The translations under genes were made by a program, and so were the position numbers. The notes under the pieces were generated by a model. The model made no database searches. It was not told the DNA's origin and worked only from the letters and a program-made list of their open reading frames with translations. 64,000 nt of DNA from Minutocellus sp. GHC0000111. Lineage: Eukaryota. The stretch spans positions 3,720,001-3,784,000 of the forward strand of contig OZ361260.1 in assembly GCA_977018835.1 (NCBI GenBank), read 5' to 3'. Positions 1 to 11,344 of the stretch are shown here, piece by piece (the stretch's first letter is position 1; each line of letters starts with the position of its first letter).

Positions 1-1169
1 TCTTCTGGGTTGGGCCAGTCAGCAATGGCACGGGCAGGCACCATGGTGAGGGCGGGAACAGACATAACGTAATGCTCGGTAGAATCAGGCCGAGCGTGGC
101 CAGAAAGCATCGTGTGCATGTCTCCAATAACAAAGCGGTTGCCTGCAAGGACTGTATTAAATCCTTTACGTATACTTTTGGCACTGGTCCATTTCTTGCA
201 TTTCTCGTCTGAAAGCTTCTTCACCACAGAAGTAACTTTCCTCGTAACAGCCTCGTTTGGCATAGATTGTAGAGATGGGAAAATGCATTTGATTCGGGGA
301 TCCTTTGAGTTGGGACGACGGAGACCACCTTCAATTACAAAGCACCCAAATGCATGGTAGATATCAGTGGCATAGTACTCAGGATCACTGACAAAGGGCA
401 CATCCTTTTGGGTTAGCTGCTTGACCTGGGTCCACACACCGGTAAGGCATTTGAAATATTCATCCCACGCCATTTTGTTGTACTTAAGATGCTTCGGCTC
501 TCCTCCTCGTCCGCCGGCAAGGTAGAGAGTGACAAGGATGAATCGCCACTCAAATGGATTGTTCAAAAAAGTTGCAGTACCACTGATGAGCTTCTTCATC
601 ATGCTCACGAGATCTCTACCCTCAAGGTCCTTCCAATATCCATCCCACGACATGCCGTCTACTTCTTGCCTCTGAGTTAGATGAAGATAGTCTGGCTTGA
701 GCTTTTTCACGATGGCACGAGTGTCGAGATCTTTTTCGTTGGCATCGTCATCGAGCAAACGACGGCCGACTCCGGTCAGGAGACGCTTCCGCATATCGGT
801 GTACCAGAGCCTCTCGTGGTCGACCCATATCTTGAGAGTCGGGTGCTTCTCTTTTATAATCTCCTTCACTTGGCCGAAGTACTGAGCAAGCGTGTCAGTG
901 GCGGTTGACACAGTAGGGTTCGACTTATTTTTGATATCCTCTTCAATCAAATACGTCTGCAGCCCGATGAGCTCGACCGTCACAGTCTCTCCTTTCAAGT
1001 CGTTCTCGTCTTCCTTTCCGTTGTGGCTTTCCATCTCGAGCACGAAGGCCGAGTAAGTCTCATCGCTCTTCTCCTTGTAATCGAGGTACATCTGCCAGGC
1101 GTTTTTCCGCCCTGCGGTAGTAGCCTCTGCTTGGCCAATAACTGCCGCCGGAGCGCTCGTATCCGTCAT
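1..1169 (-). CDS. Tyrosine recombinase (Crypton-like), continues beyond the left window edge
   Basis: Manual translation from ATG 1169 is open for 389 codons to the window edge; it is absent from the ORF track because it has no stop inside the window. YR-type motifs in order: WRFILVTLYLAGGRGGEPKHL (catalytic R), QVKQ (K), SAKSIRKG (HxxR box with K for H), SGH, STEHY (Tyr nucleophile). Confidence 0.75.
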   Translation of the reverse strand, partial: MTDTSAPAAVIGQAEATTAGRKNAWQMYLDYKEKSDETYSAFVLEMESHNGKEDENDLKGETVTVELIGLQTYLIEEDIKNKSNPTVSTATDTLAQYFGQVKEIIKEKHPTLKIWVDHERLWYTDMRKRLLTGVGRRLLDDDANEKDLDTRAIVKKLKPDYLHLTQRQEVDGMSWDGYWKDLEGRDLVSMMKKLISGTATFLNNPFEWRFILVTLYLAGGRGGEPKHLKYNKMAWDEYFKCLTGVWTQVKQLTQKDVPFVSDPEYYATDIYHAFGCFVIEGGLRRPNSKDPRIKCIFPSLQSMPNEAVTRKVTSVVKKLSDEKCKKWTSAKSIRKGFNTVLAGNRFVIGDMHTMLSGHARPDSTEHYVMSVPALTMVPARAIADWPNPE

Positions 1170-1876
1170 CGTTTCCCGTCAATACAATGCAAGAAGATGG
1201 CTATATTACACGAGAAAAAATGACGAGAATCGATCGGCGGGTGGTTTGCGGTGGTGGTAGAGTCGAGCCAGTCACACCCTGATGATGAGTCGCGTCAGTC
1301 GACTATGAATACGAGGCTAGGTTACTGTACTTTATCCCGACTCGAAAGTTTGCTCTGGTGTTATGTACTCTCAACTCGAAAGTTCGTCGAAAAAGAAGAA
1401 AAAGTGAGATGGAGTGGAGTCGGTCCTTTTGCATCAAAATCGTGGAGTATTTGAATGAATCGTGGGAGGAGAATCTCCGATACTTTTTGAATTCGCAAAG
1501 AATTTAGTGAGAAGCGGCGAAACTCATACCTCTCTTAGGGTTCACCGAGCGCAGTTCATCGTAAAAGTTTGACAATAAAGTAAGGAAAAACGGAAACGGC
1601 GATGCCCTTTACATTCTACGGTTGACTCTTAGTGTTAAAAGAAGCGCTGTTATCACAGAAACTTTTGGAACTGCAGTTTGAATCATCGAATCCAGTTGAA
1701 AGAAAATCCAGGCGTAGGATTCCGATGCATCTGGATCGCATGTCAAGGCCAGCCTGCCATCTGCAGAAAACTCCTACCTCTACCGCTTCTGTGTACCGGT
1801 AAACTGTCGTTTCTCTCTCCAGTCGAGTCTCTATTTCAATATCCTTCATTCAACAGGTTTTCCCTAATTCTCAACC

Positions 1877-2179
1877 TTACGAGAACTTTCCAAGAATGTC
1901 ATCCTCACGGTAAAGGTACATCTCATCGCCATCTACCTCAATCTTGGAGCCACCGTACTCGGGAAGGAGGACAGCATCGCCAGCCTTGAGAGTAGGTGTA
2001 TGAAGATTGCCCGAAACGTCGCGAATGCCAGGTCCGACGGCAATTACCTCACCCTCATTGGGGCTCTTGGACTTGTCCGAGGGGAGGTAGATACCGCCTG
2101 CGGTCTGGGTCTCCTTGGCCGCTCGTCGGACCAAAATCCGATCACCGAGGGGGGCGAGGGAGCGAGCGAGAGCCTGCAT
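1877..2179 (-). CDS. HSP10: 10 kDa chaperonin (Cpn10/GroES family), probably mitochondrial
   Basis: PLGDRILVRR..TAGGIYLP..GEVIAVGPG..VLLPEYGG..YREDDILG is the Cpn10 signature; 100 aa. Confidence 0.95.
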   Translation of the reverse strand: MQALARSLAPLGDRILVRRAAKETQTAGGIYLPSDKSKSPNEGEVIAVGPGIRDVSGNLHTPTLKAGDAVLLPEYGGSKIEVDGDEMYLYREDDILGKFS

Positions 2180-2910
2180 TCATGGCAAGATATCCGCAAA
2201 ATGAAATGAATTGGCAAGGGGCATAATAACCGCATCAACAGAATCAGCCGAGAGTAAGACCCCGCGCCAATTAAAATATGTAGTAGACGCCATCGAGACC
2301 AAAGAAATCAAAGTCCGCCGCAATCTCGGAAATTCAACGGTAGTCGGGTTGATAAGTACGTGATCGCAATAGCGAGGATGCCAATGAACGACGGTTGGAG
2401 AAATCGGAAGAGCGCGAGAGGGTTGAGAGAGAGGGGGAACATGAATTTGTGAGAAATCAAGATATGTAAATCAAATGCAAGTTTGACGAAATTCACCGAG
2501 GCACTGGCTAAACTACACACAGCCTGCAGCAGCCCTCCATCTGAGTACTTACACGGGTGCGGAACATAGCGGCGTTCTGATTTGGTACAGATCCAAGGGG
2601 CATAAAATGAGCGGCCGGCATGAGTTGGACGCAGTTTTTCGCCGAGCTTCTGTGAGACGGGCGACGGATAGACGAAAATGATCATGGCATCATCATTGCA
2701 CAATGAGCGAGCGAGATGCGGCGGTGACGCCGTGGACCGCGCCGCCGGCGTGCGTGTGCAATGACTTCCTACCTTACAGTAACTCAATTACAACATTCCC
2801 CCATGGCTCTGCTGCTTGAACGCAACAAATCAATTAGTACCGAGAGCCACCGAAATTAGAAAGACAATAGCGATATCTCGACGGTTTTATAGACGGGCCA
2901 GCACAGGAAC

Positions 2911-3951
2911 ATGAAGGAAGAGATTCAGGTCGTCTCGCTTGCAAGGGCGGCGGCTCGAGTTGTTCAGAGCCAGCTTATTCACGATCGTGGAACAATTTGC
3001 ATCGAGGAATATCGGAAACTCATGGAGTGGGAGAAAAAGCACAGGGAACAATTTGATAAGGAATCAAGTAAATTCAGAAATGTGAGCGGCTTTATCGAAG
3101 ACGAAGAAGGTTGGGAACCGGTGCGGAAGAAGCTCGAGGAAGAAAGGTACGAAAGGAATAAGGAACGCTGGGACACCATAAAATCGAGAATTGCAACACT
3201 CGATCGAGCATAGGAGAGGGCATTGGCCGAGATCGCCACGGCTGGTGAGTCTAACAGATATTGCGAAAGATGCAATGTCTTTTACCACCAATTTGCTTTT
3301 CATGCTATCGGGTGTACCGAGCCTGGTTGTAGATCCCACGAAGAGTGCATTCATTGTTTGCGTAAGGTTTGGGTACCTGATGACTACGTTAAATCCCTTC
3401 CCGAAGGAATTGAGCTAGACAATGGCCTTCCACACTTTGCATGTTTTCGAGAAATTTGCGAAGATCCTACCTACTCAGAACCTCTACCGGATCCAAAAAT
3501 AACTACCTCGGTACATTGTAGGTGGTGCAATACAAAGTTCTGTAAGAATCACATAATGCGTCATCACGACTCTTGCGGAGCACACCAGCCCCGACGTTGC
3601 GGGTACAGGCCACCCCCGCCTCTAGTATTTCTACGAGATGGCTTTGATGCCAACATCATCGGAGAGTCCCCCTGCGTACCTGGTCACTGTGGGAAAATAA
3701 TCCCGCCCGGGGAAGAACTCTTCACCTGCTACGAGCCAGGTCCTGAGAGAAAGCCTCTCGCGAGGTTTCGCAACCCGCACTTCGCGAAGGCGTGGTGTGG
3801 AACCACATGTTGCAAAGACTGTGTGACAATCTGCGATAGGCCGATATCTGAGGACTATCGTAATTACAGCAGGAGTCAGTCATGCGGCCAGGCACGGTGC
3901 ATTCAGTGTGCTAGGGAAGATCCGCGATGCTTTGGATTGTGTCCATATTAG
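2911..3951 (+). pseudogene. Cys/His-rich hypothetical protein interrupted by an in-frame TAG
   Basis: ORFs 2911..3213 and 3223..3951 share a frame and are separated only by TAG 3211-3213; the second part has many CxxC pairs. Confidence 0.5.
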
Positions 3952-4070
3952 AGGAGGATGATATTTGTATTGAGTGGATGAACAACCCACACAATCGTGC
4001 ATAGACATGTCTAAACTTGCACTTATATGAGTGCGATTAAGTTTGCTAGAATACAAAGAAAGCTTCTTTT

Positions 4071-5168
4071 TTATCCTCCCATGCCACCAAATCCAAGTCC
4101 GCCAAATCGTTCGACATGATCTTCGGTCTTCTTCTTGTATATCTCTGCCTTTTCATCTGACTGTGGCACGCCATCATCGCCCTGGGTATACATGACAGCC
4201 AAGTTGTAGCAGCTGGGAGCATGGCCTCGATCACAGCTCTTCTGGAGGAGACTTTCAGCACGGGGAGGGTCACGGGCCAATGCCTTTCTCTGATCATCCG
4301 CCTTCTTCTTTCGATCCTCTTCATTCTGCCGCCGTTGAATCTCCGTTACACCACGAGCCTCCATGGGCGAAACATTATCAGCCTCGGACGATACGTTGTC
4401 TCCTCTTAGCAGCATTGTGGCCAGAGTAAAGCAGCTGATTGGATCGCCCTCCTCACAGACATTGTCCAATAGGCCGGCTGCCTTTTGCGGATCATATGGT
4501 ACGCCGGGTCCCATTGCGCCTGGATAACTCAGCAACATCTTGGCCTGCATGTGACACGAACCACCATGACCAGCGCGACAGGCACGATCAAATAGATCGT
4601 ATCCCTCCTTGCGATCGAACTTGGTTCCACCCTTTCCAGTCATGCGCATCTGGGCAAGGTTGAAGCACGCTGGAGGATAAGCCCTGGTGCCATCGACGGG
4701 CACACCATTCGCCGACTTGTCGCCCTTGGATCGAAAGCAGGTATTCTCGTACAAAGTCGCCGCCTCCTTGTGCTTTCGAAGGAAGAGCGACGCATATTCC
4801 GCCATACTGAAGCATGCCACCATGGGTCCCTTGCCTCCGTCGCATGCTTCAATGTAATCTTCCACCTGCTGTCGCGATTCGTCGTCAATCACACTGGGCA
4901 AATCGGCAGCGATGCGATCCATCAGATCGTACTCATGACCGGTTGGCGTTGGGAACGACTTGCCGTCGCCTGCTCCTGCATTGGCACCATCTCCTTCGTC
5001 GTCGTCCATGAGAATGGGAGTATCCAACACCTTTGTCTTGCCGGTGATGTCATCCTTGAGGAGAGTACTGTTGGAGTTGGAGGCATCTTTATGTTTATCG
5101 TTGCTGGTAGGCACCGACGAGATTGTCGCCGCCGCCGCGTCGGAGCTAGAGGATTGGCTGGCGCCCAT
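4071..5168 (-). CDS. Sel1-like repeat protein (COA7-like)
   Basis: Repeated ACFNLAQM..G.GG, SCFTLATMLLRG and SCYNLAVMYTQGDDGV units with paired Cys; N-terminal MGASQS myristoylation-like motif. Confidence 0.8.
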   Translation of the reverse strand: MGASQSSSSDAAAATISSVPTSNDKHKDASNSNSTLLKDDITGKTKVLDTPILMDDDEGDGANAGAGDGKSFPTPTGHEYDLMDRIAADLPSVIDDESRQQVEDYIEACDGGKGPMVACFSMAEYASLFLRKHKEAATLYENTCFRSKGDKSANGVPVDGTRAYPPACFNLAQMRMTGKGGTKFDRKEGYDLFDRACRAGHGGSCHMQAKMLLSYPGAMGPGVPYDPQKAAGLLDNVCEEGDPISCFTLATMLLRGDNVSSEADNVSPMEARGVTEIQRRQNEEDRKKKADDQRKALARDPPRAESLLQKSCDRGHAPSCYNLAVMYTQGDDGVPQSDEKAEIYKKKTEDHVERFGGLGFGGMGG

Positions 5169-5347
5169 GGTTGCGTTGCTGATGAGTCAGCAAAAAATGA
5201 ACGAAAAGGAGGTGCTGAAGGCGACGGCCAGACGAAAACGGTCCGAAATCGCGCGAGCGCGAGGTCGACAGCCGACCGCTTCTACATGAGCTCAATAATG
5301 ACTCTTAGCAACTTTATTTTTCTGCTACTCTTTAAGAGAACTCTGAC

Positions 5348-6870
5348 CTACTCATTCTCTTCCATAATACTCGCGACTGATTGAAGCCAGGCATCGCCAC
5401 CGTCGTCCTTCTCCATGTACTCCTCCATTGCGGCTGCTGCAAGAGCTAGCTTCTCCTCCTCTGTCTGTTGCTCGATCTTCATTAGGGCCTCAAACGAGTC
5501 ACTCGACATTTCGGGTATCGCAATAGGATGGCGATCAATAAGATCTTCCATTACCTTGAGCTCGGAAGACAGACCCTCGTCTTTCGCAACCACTTGCCTG
5601 TCGGCAATTGAATCTTTCTTTTGATCGTTCTCGTCTTTCTCGTCCTTGCCACCATTGAATGTGGCCATTGCTCCTGCAAGACCCAATACGCCAAGGGGCA
5701 TGAAGTCGGATAAATCCCCCTCGCTGTCTCCTCTTGTGACCGCCCTAGGCTCTCGAAAGCTGGTCGCCGCTTTCTTTCCCTCTTGTTCTGCTCTTCGAGC
5801 CTTCTCGGCCTCCTTGGCCTTTCGCACTCTATCCTCCTCAGCTTCCATTTCTTCCATCAGACGTTTTTCTTTGATATTCACCATGAGCTCTGGATGCTTT
5901 TGGAAATTTGCTAGCTGGATTTTGCCTTGCTGTATAGTATCCAAGTAAACCTTGCCAGGGCCGCCACGAAGACGATCCAATGTGTTTTCCATGTCAATAT
6001 TGTATCTGACTTCGCCGGGGCTCCATTCCAGCTCATGGACGCGATTAACTGGCATTCCTGCAATCATACAACTCAAAAGCGCTGGGCCAGTGTTACATCG
6101 TCTCCAGAGAAATTGGTCTCACAAACCGCCATGAGTTGCCTCAGACGGGTGATTTGATTGGCCAACGTTTCGTTCGGTGTGCCATCATCCGTCGGCGGTG
6201 GTCGCTCTCCGTCCCGTCCCTCGGGCCCAGATTCGGCATCGAGCGCCCATATAGCAGACCTTACAGCTTCACGATCATTCATATCGAATTTCCCAATCCC
6301 CCGAGCATCCAAATTGGTATACTCGGGCAGGACTCGATTGCGACCAATTCGCATCTCCGAGGCTACAATGTCGGCGGTGTCGATGGCATTGGCGGCGGTT
6401 GGGAAGAGCACCACCGAGGGGTTGTAGTCGCGCTCCAGCATGTCGGCACATGCCGCCTGTACCTGGGCTATGCCATTTTCGCTCAGGGCATTCTCTCGAT
6501 TGGTGAGGAATAGAGGATTGGATCCCCACAGACCATCGGCTTCGATCAAGGATTCGCCCGCACGGAGAAAGCTGTAGTTGTTCTTGAGATCCCCTGGCTT
6601 GCACGGAAATTGGATCAAATCAGCTTTGGCAACTTGAGGCGCCGCAAAGATGAGTGATAGAGCGCTCAGTGCCTCTCTTCGTGACACGTCAATGGGAGCA
6701 AAGTCATCGGCGTCGTTACTACTTGAAAGTTGCTTGACAGCCAACTCGGACAAATGGTATCTTTGAGCAGATGGCTTGCTTCGTTGATGTACTGGTCGTT
6801 GAAATCAATAAGCTGGCGCTGAGAGGACCAAGAGGGCGCCTGGCGCCACTAAAAATGTGTTCGCCTTCAT
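5348..6870 (-). pseudogene. Phosphoglycerate-mutase-like (histidine phosphatase fold) plastid protein with lesions
   Basis: LKNNYSFLRAGES..NPLFLTNRENALSENG..LDARGIG..PPPTDDGTPNETL continues after a frameshift near 6085 into LSCMIAGMPVNRVHELE. The signal peptide from ATG 6870 carries an in-frame TGA at 6805-6807. Confidence 0.65.
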
Positions 6871-7163
6871 ACTCTTGCAGCTCGTGGTGCCCTTTGAAAT
6901 GGCTTTATCGGTACTTGTTGTGTAGAGAAGCGGCGTTCTTTGGCACGCCGTCATCTTGGATCTGCCTTGGGCCGGATCTCGCGCATCTGTTCGGGTGGAG
7001 GTCTCTCACAAGTTCTTGTTCAATGTTTCGGGTTAACTCAGGTTATGGGTCACAACTAGTGACAGAACAGATACGGGCCGGGCCGGCCGTACCGGACCTT
7101 CAAAGTCAAGCTGCTGCCACCGATTACTCAAGCCGCTACAATTATCACACCTCTATAAGCAAG

Positions 7164-8314
7164 ATGCGTAGATACATGCAAAGGCCAACCGCTCTGTGCT
7201 TCATCCTGTATGTACCACCTTTGCTGATCACACCCGCCCGTTCGCTCTCCCTGTCGGCACGCCCACCATCCCCTCGATCTGCCTCCACCGCCAAGCTTCG
7301 GTCCCTCCTTGCCGAACACCCCACTCCCACCGCATCGCAGGAACCTGCCATTATTGTCCCAGGAGTACACGATGCACTTTCGGCCAAGATATTCGCCTCG
7401 CACGAAAGCACTCAGTGCCTATTCCTGAGCGGCTTCGGCGTCAGCGCTACTTTGCTCGGAGAGCCCGATGCTGGCATTTTGACGCTAAGTGAGATGGAGG
7501 ATGTGGCCCGAAGAGTAATTTGCACGGTGAACAAAGTGGTGGCGACGAAAACAAAGTTGAGTGGAGCCGACATTCTTGATACTGCGATACCAGTCATTGC
7601 CGATGGCGATACTGGCTACGGTGGCGCGAACAACATCCGCCGAACAATTCGTGGTCTGGCCACTGCGGGTGCCGCTGCCATTACAATCGAGGATCAAATG
7701 TTTCCGAAACGATGCACAATCGCTGCCGGTGCAGGAGTTCGGGTTGTATCCCGCGATCAATGCGTAGAAAGGATCAAGTGCGCACTGGCCGCTCGAGATG
7801 AGGCTCGCGAAATCGATGGCAATGATGTTCTCATTGTAGCTCGAACGGATTGTAGAGCAGCTCTCGGTTTCGAGGAGGCGGTTGACCGATGCAAGGCATT
7901 CGAGGCACTGGGCGCCGACATTGTCTATGCTGAGAATTTGCAGAACCAATTCGAATACGAGCACTTACGCTCAAGTCTTAAAGAAGTCACACCGATGATG
8001 CTCGCGCAGGTTCAACAGGGGCCTGTTAAAAGTGAGTTTGATAATTCGGCATCGCTCTTTACTGCTCAGGATATCGGCGATATGGGCTATGCATTGGCGC
8101 TCTTTGGTGTGTCCGGGTTGCAATCATATGTTCAAGCTGTGCAGAATACCGTCAATGGCATGTTGCAGCCGCCAATGTCTGGAGGGGGCGGGCTTGGCGG
8201 TGGAGTTCTTGGCGAGGACGATTCAAAGATGCTTTGCTCCTTTCCAGTGCTCAATCCGCCGTGGGGTTTGATGATGTAGACGAGTTTGAGTCGAAACACA
8301 ACGTCGAGTGCTGA
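7164..8314 (+). CDS. Isocitrate lyase/PEP mutase family enzyme (PrpB/CPEP-mutase-like)
   Basis: PGVHDALSAK, LFLSGFGVSA, PVIADGDTGYG, IEDQMFPKRC, IVARTD. Restoring one base near 8253 gives the C-terminus KSAVGFDDVDEFESKH..TGA 8312-8314. Confidence 0.85.
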
Positions 8315-8595
8315 TGGTATCTTGGAGGAATCTAATTACCTGAGTTTGCGATGGAGGTGCAGATCGGCGGCTGGGAGAGCATATTGTGCAACAGAAGACT
8401 AGACTAATATCTTCACAAGCCGATGGACAAGCTTCGACTGATTTTTAGCCATTCAATTCGGTCGTTCCACGTCGAAGCAAAGTCAGTAGAATCTAGTCGT
8501 TCCACGTCGCAACCAAAGCCAATGGGACTTGGCGTTTTGGCCCACCCCTCCTATATTCATCAGCCCCCTTCTCTATCCCCACAGCGCGTGATGCA

Positions 8596-9943
8596 ATGAT
8601 GGAAACGTTGCCAAGGCGAACGGAGCCATCGGTGAAGGATCTTGAAGTTGGCCATCGAGTTCTCCTTTCAGGGCTGAGGACTGCTGTGTACAATGGAGAG
8701 CGTGGAGTCATCAAATCCTTGCCAAAGCCAGGCGAAAATAGCAACCGCTACGGTGTTGCGATTGATGGTAGAAAATTACCAATTGCTGTTCGCAGAGAAA
8801 ACATTCTATTGCTCTCGACCAATAGACAGATGACCGAGGAGAAGCGCAGGCTCCGTGATGCGACCATTGTTCAAGACCTTGACCCAGAGAATAATTGTGC
8901 AAAAACTGTGAATGTAACAACAGCTCAAGCGATGCGAATGTATGTGGATTCTCTCATGACCGAAGGAAGGGAACTAAGAATGTATGGCCGAAAGATAATT
9001 CCAATGCCAAACTTTTATGGTGAGGTTCTTTCCAATGGAGGCTTTTCTTTTGGTGTCCACGAGGGTTGGGGCAAGAATTACCTCCTTACTGTCCGAGAGT
9101 GTGACCGGTGATTTCGCCCTTGGAGGAGAAATGGTATTCTGTGGCAACACTCTTCGTTTTGATTGTCCCGATGGCACCGCTTCACTAGACAACAACGAAA
9201 TTGTCTTTTCTGTTTTGCCATTCAAAGATATCGTTGAGGCCCTCTCGCCCAGTGGATCTGTTGTCGATGCTGCTGAAACTGTGGCACTTTCAGGACTATC
9301 AAAACTTGCTCGCTGGGCAGTCACTGGCGATGTTACTGTTGATTTAATCTGCTAGAAGATTGAGTACATGGTGGACTTCGTCGCGTATGTCAGTCCTCGG
9401 ACAATGAGCTGGTCCAATGTGATTGACTATATGAAACGCAGTGATTTTCACTGGATTGCTCGCAATTGCTCTGCTCAAGGCGTCCATTTTGCTTACTCTA
9501 TGAACTGGACAAACAGCGTATTTGGCAAATACCTCTAAAATTACCGTTATTCGAGGGAGCGCTCGAAAATCCTCAGCACGGCCAATGACACTGCGAAGCT
9601 GATTTATGAATCAAAAGGATGGTCAGATTATCTCACGCTACCTCGCCCCACCGTTCCTATAAACACAACTTGCCGTTATGTCCTGGAGGTCTTGCACTAT
9701 CCGGAGTGGTTGAAATACTTTTTTGCCATTGAGAGGAAGAGTGTCACTTGCAGAATCGGCAGCTTTGAACATAGCTTCGGCTCACCAATATCACACACCG
9801 GAGCAAACCAGTCAGTGGCCTTTACATGGACGTACGGTTCAGATTTGTTGAAATCGAACGAAATGCCATCTGAATTTTTAAAACAAGGAAAAGCAGAGAA
9901 AGTAAATTCAGGACTTTTTGATTTATTTGAACTGCAATATTAG
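8596..9943 (+). pseudogene. Fragmented hypothetical gene with an SH3-like N-terminal module
   Basis: VGHRVLLSGLRTAVYNGERG..RYGVAIDG..AVRRENI module followed by coding-like pieces in several frames (9017..9355, 9692..9943). Confidence 0.4.
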
Positions 9944-10664
9944 GGGGTAAGGATCCGTATAGACACTGCTGTGCATCCTCCTCGTACTCTTTGGCCATGT
10001 GGAGATAACGTCGACAGATTAGTATTACCGCCTTCTCCAAGTCCTCATAGAGGGAAATATTACCAGACACAACATCTCGACAGTACTCGACCTTATCGCC
10101 AAAATAGACCAAGCAGTGGGCCCCATCATGTCGACGGAGTCGCATTTTCGTTTGAGCCTCGTCCCACTCCTTCTCCAAATTTTGGAGGATGGCGCTCTGG
10201 CTATTTTTGTTGATATTTTGTAAAGGGGATTCGTCACCATTATTTCTCACCAACTCTTGCGCTTTTAGTAGCTCAATGACCGACCGATACCACTGCTCGA
10301 CCGACCAACAGAGCGACTCGCAACCAGAAATTTTCCTTCTGCTTCTTGAATAGCCCTCTTTTTTCTTTCGATCAATGTCAGATCGGTAAGACGAACGACC
10401 GTGCTTCCTGGGGGTAGATGCAGAAACCATTTTGGTTACCGACTTCTTGGACGATATCTCGATCCAACCGGTCTTGTGCAAAAGGCCGAAGAAGAGAGCA
10501 ACGGTGAAAGCATACGTATAACTGAGCCGATTCGACTTTACAGCGGCCTTTCTCTTCTGTATCTTCATGTTGAATTTCAGTAAAGTATATGTATGCACGT
10601 GGGTCAAATAAAATGTAGCCCACAAACAAATCAGTCGATTTTCGTCATTGACGGTTTCCGCCAT
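9822..10664 (-). CDS. Hypothetical protein with one hydrophobic segment
   Basis: 280-aa ORF; no motif recognised. Confidence 0.3.
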   Translation of the reverse strand: MAETVNDENRLICLWATFYLTHVHTYTLLKFNMKIQKRKAAVKSNRLSYTYAFTVALFFGLLHKTGWIEISSKKSVTKMVSASTPRKHGRSSYRSDIDRKKKEGYSRSRRKISGCESLCWSVEQWYRSVIELLKAQELVRNNGDESPLQNINKNSQSAILQNLEKEWDEAQTKMRLRRHDGAHCLVYFGDKVEYCRDVVSGNISLYEDLEKAVILICRRYLHMAKEYEEDAQQCLYGSLPPNIAVQINQKVLNLLSLLFLVLKIQMAFRSISTNLNRTSM

Positions 10665-10738
10665 GAGATGACGTGCCGTACCTCCCGACGTATTTAGCAG
10701 CGCTCAAATGATGGGATTACAACTGCAGCTTTCCGTGC

Positions 10739-11197
10739 TCAGCCGCCATTGTTCAGCACATAGTAGCAAATGTATCCCGCAAAGGCTAGGAAGGCACCCA
10801 CAAAGACGAGCACGACAACGTTGGTCGTGTGGTGGCAGCAGCAGGCCCATGAAAAGGTTGGTTTGTATTCTGGAACTACGCCGTCATAGTAGGAGGTAAA
10901 GGACGTATCGTTTGCTTTGGCGCCGCGATCGGTATAGATTGCATAGTGCATCCCTGTACCGGTGTCGTAGTGGTACAGGTCAGCGGTCTTCTTTGTGGCC
11001 GTTATTTTTTTGCCATCGTCATTGGCGGCAAACATGTGCTGAGGATACTGCAATTGATGAGCGGAATTTTGTGCCTGCGGAACAAAAGATACCGGAACGT
11101 CAGCACCGTGTGAGCATGATCCAGCCTCATCGGCGGCGATGGGGCGGACATGGCCGACAAGCCGGCCCTCGACGACCGGTACATTCGGGTCGGCCAT
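10739..11197 (-). CDS. Small hypothetical protein with a C-terminal transmembrane helix
   Basis: 152-aa ATG ORF; CCC followed by VVVLVFVGAFLAFAGYICYYVL. Confidence 0.5.
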   Translation of the reverse strand: MADPNVPVVEGRLVGHVRPIAADEAGSCSHGADVPVSFVPQAQNSAHQLQYPQHMFAANDDGKKITATKKTADLYHYDTGTGMHYAIYTDRGAKANDTSFTSYYDGVVPEYKPTFSWACCCHHTTNVVVLVFVGAFLAFAGYICYYVLNNGG

Positions 11198-11344
11198 TGT
11201 CGTTGACTTTTGCTTCTGGCGTCTCTTTGATTATGGGGGAACCGAGAGAAAAGACCCTTTTTATCACCCCCTAATGCCCAGCATTCGGCATTCAGCCTTC
11301 ATCAGAGCCGAGACCGGCCCGACCGTGGACCGTGGCAACCAGCC

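Noticed and set aside
3211..3213. In-frame TAG as programmed readthrough
   Set aside because: No motif or structure supports it; a nonsense mutation or error is simpler.
6805..6807. In-frame TGA as selenocysteine
   Set aside because: It lies at the signal-peptide cleavage position, has no redox motif and no SECIS was noticed.
8461..8523. Imperfect direct repeat GTCGTTCCACGTCG x2
   Set aside because: Only two units; no array or element context.
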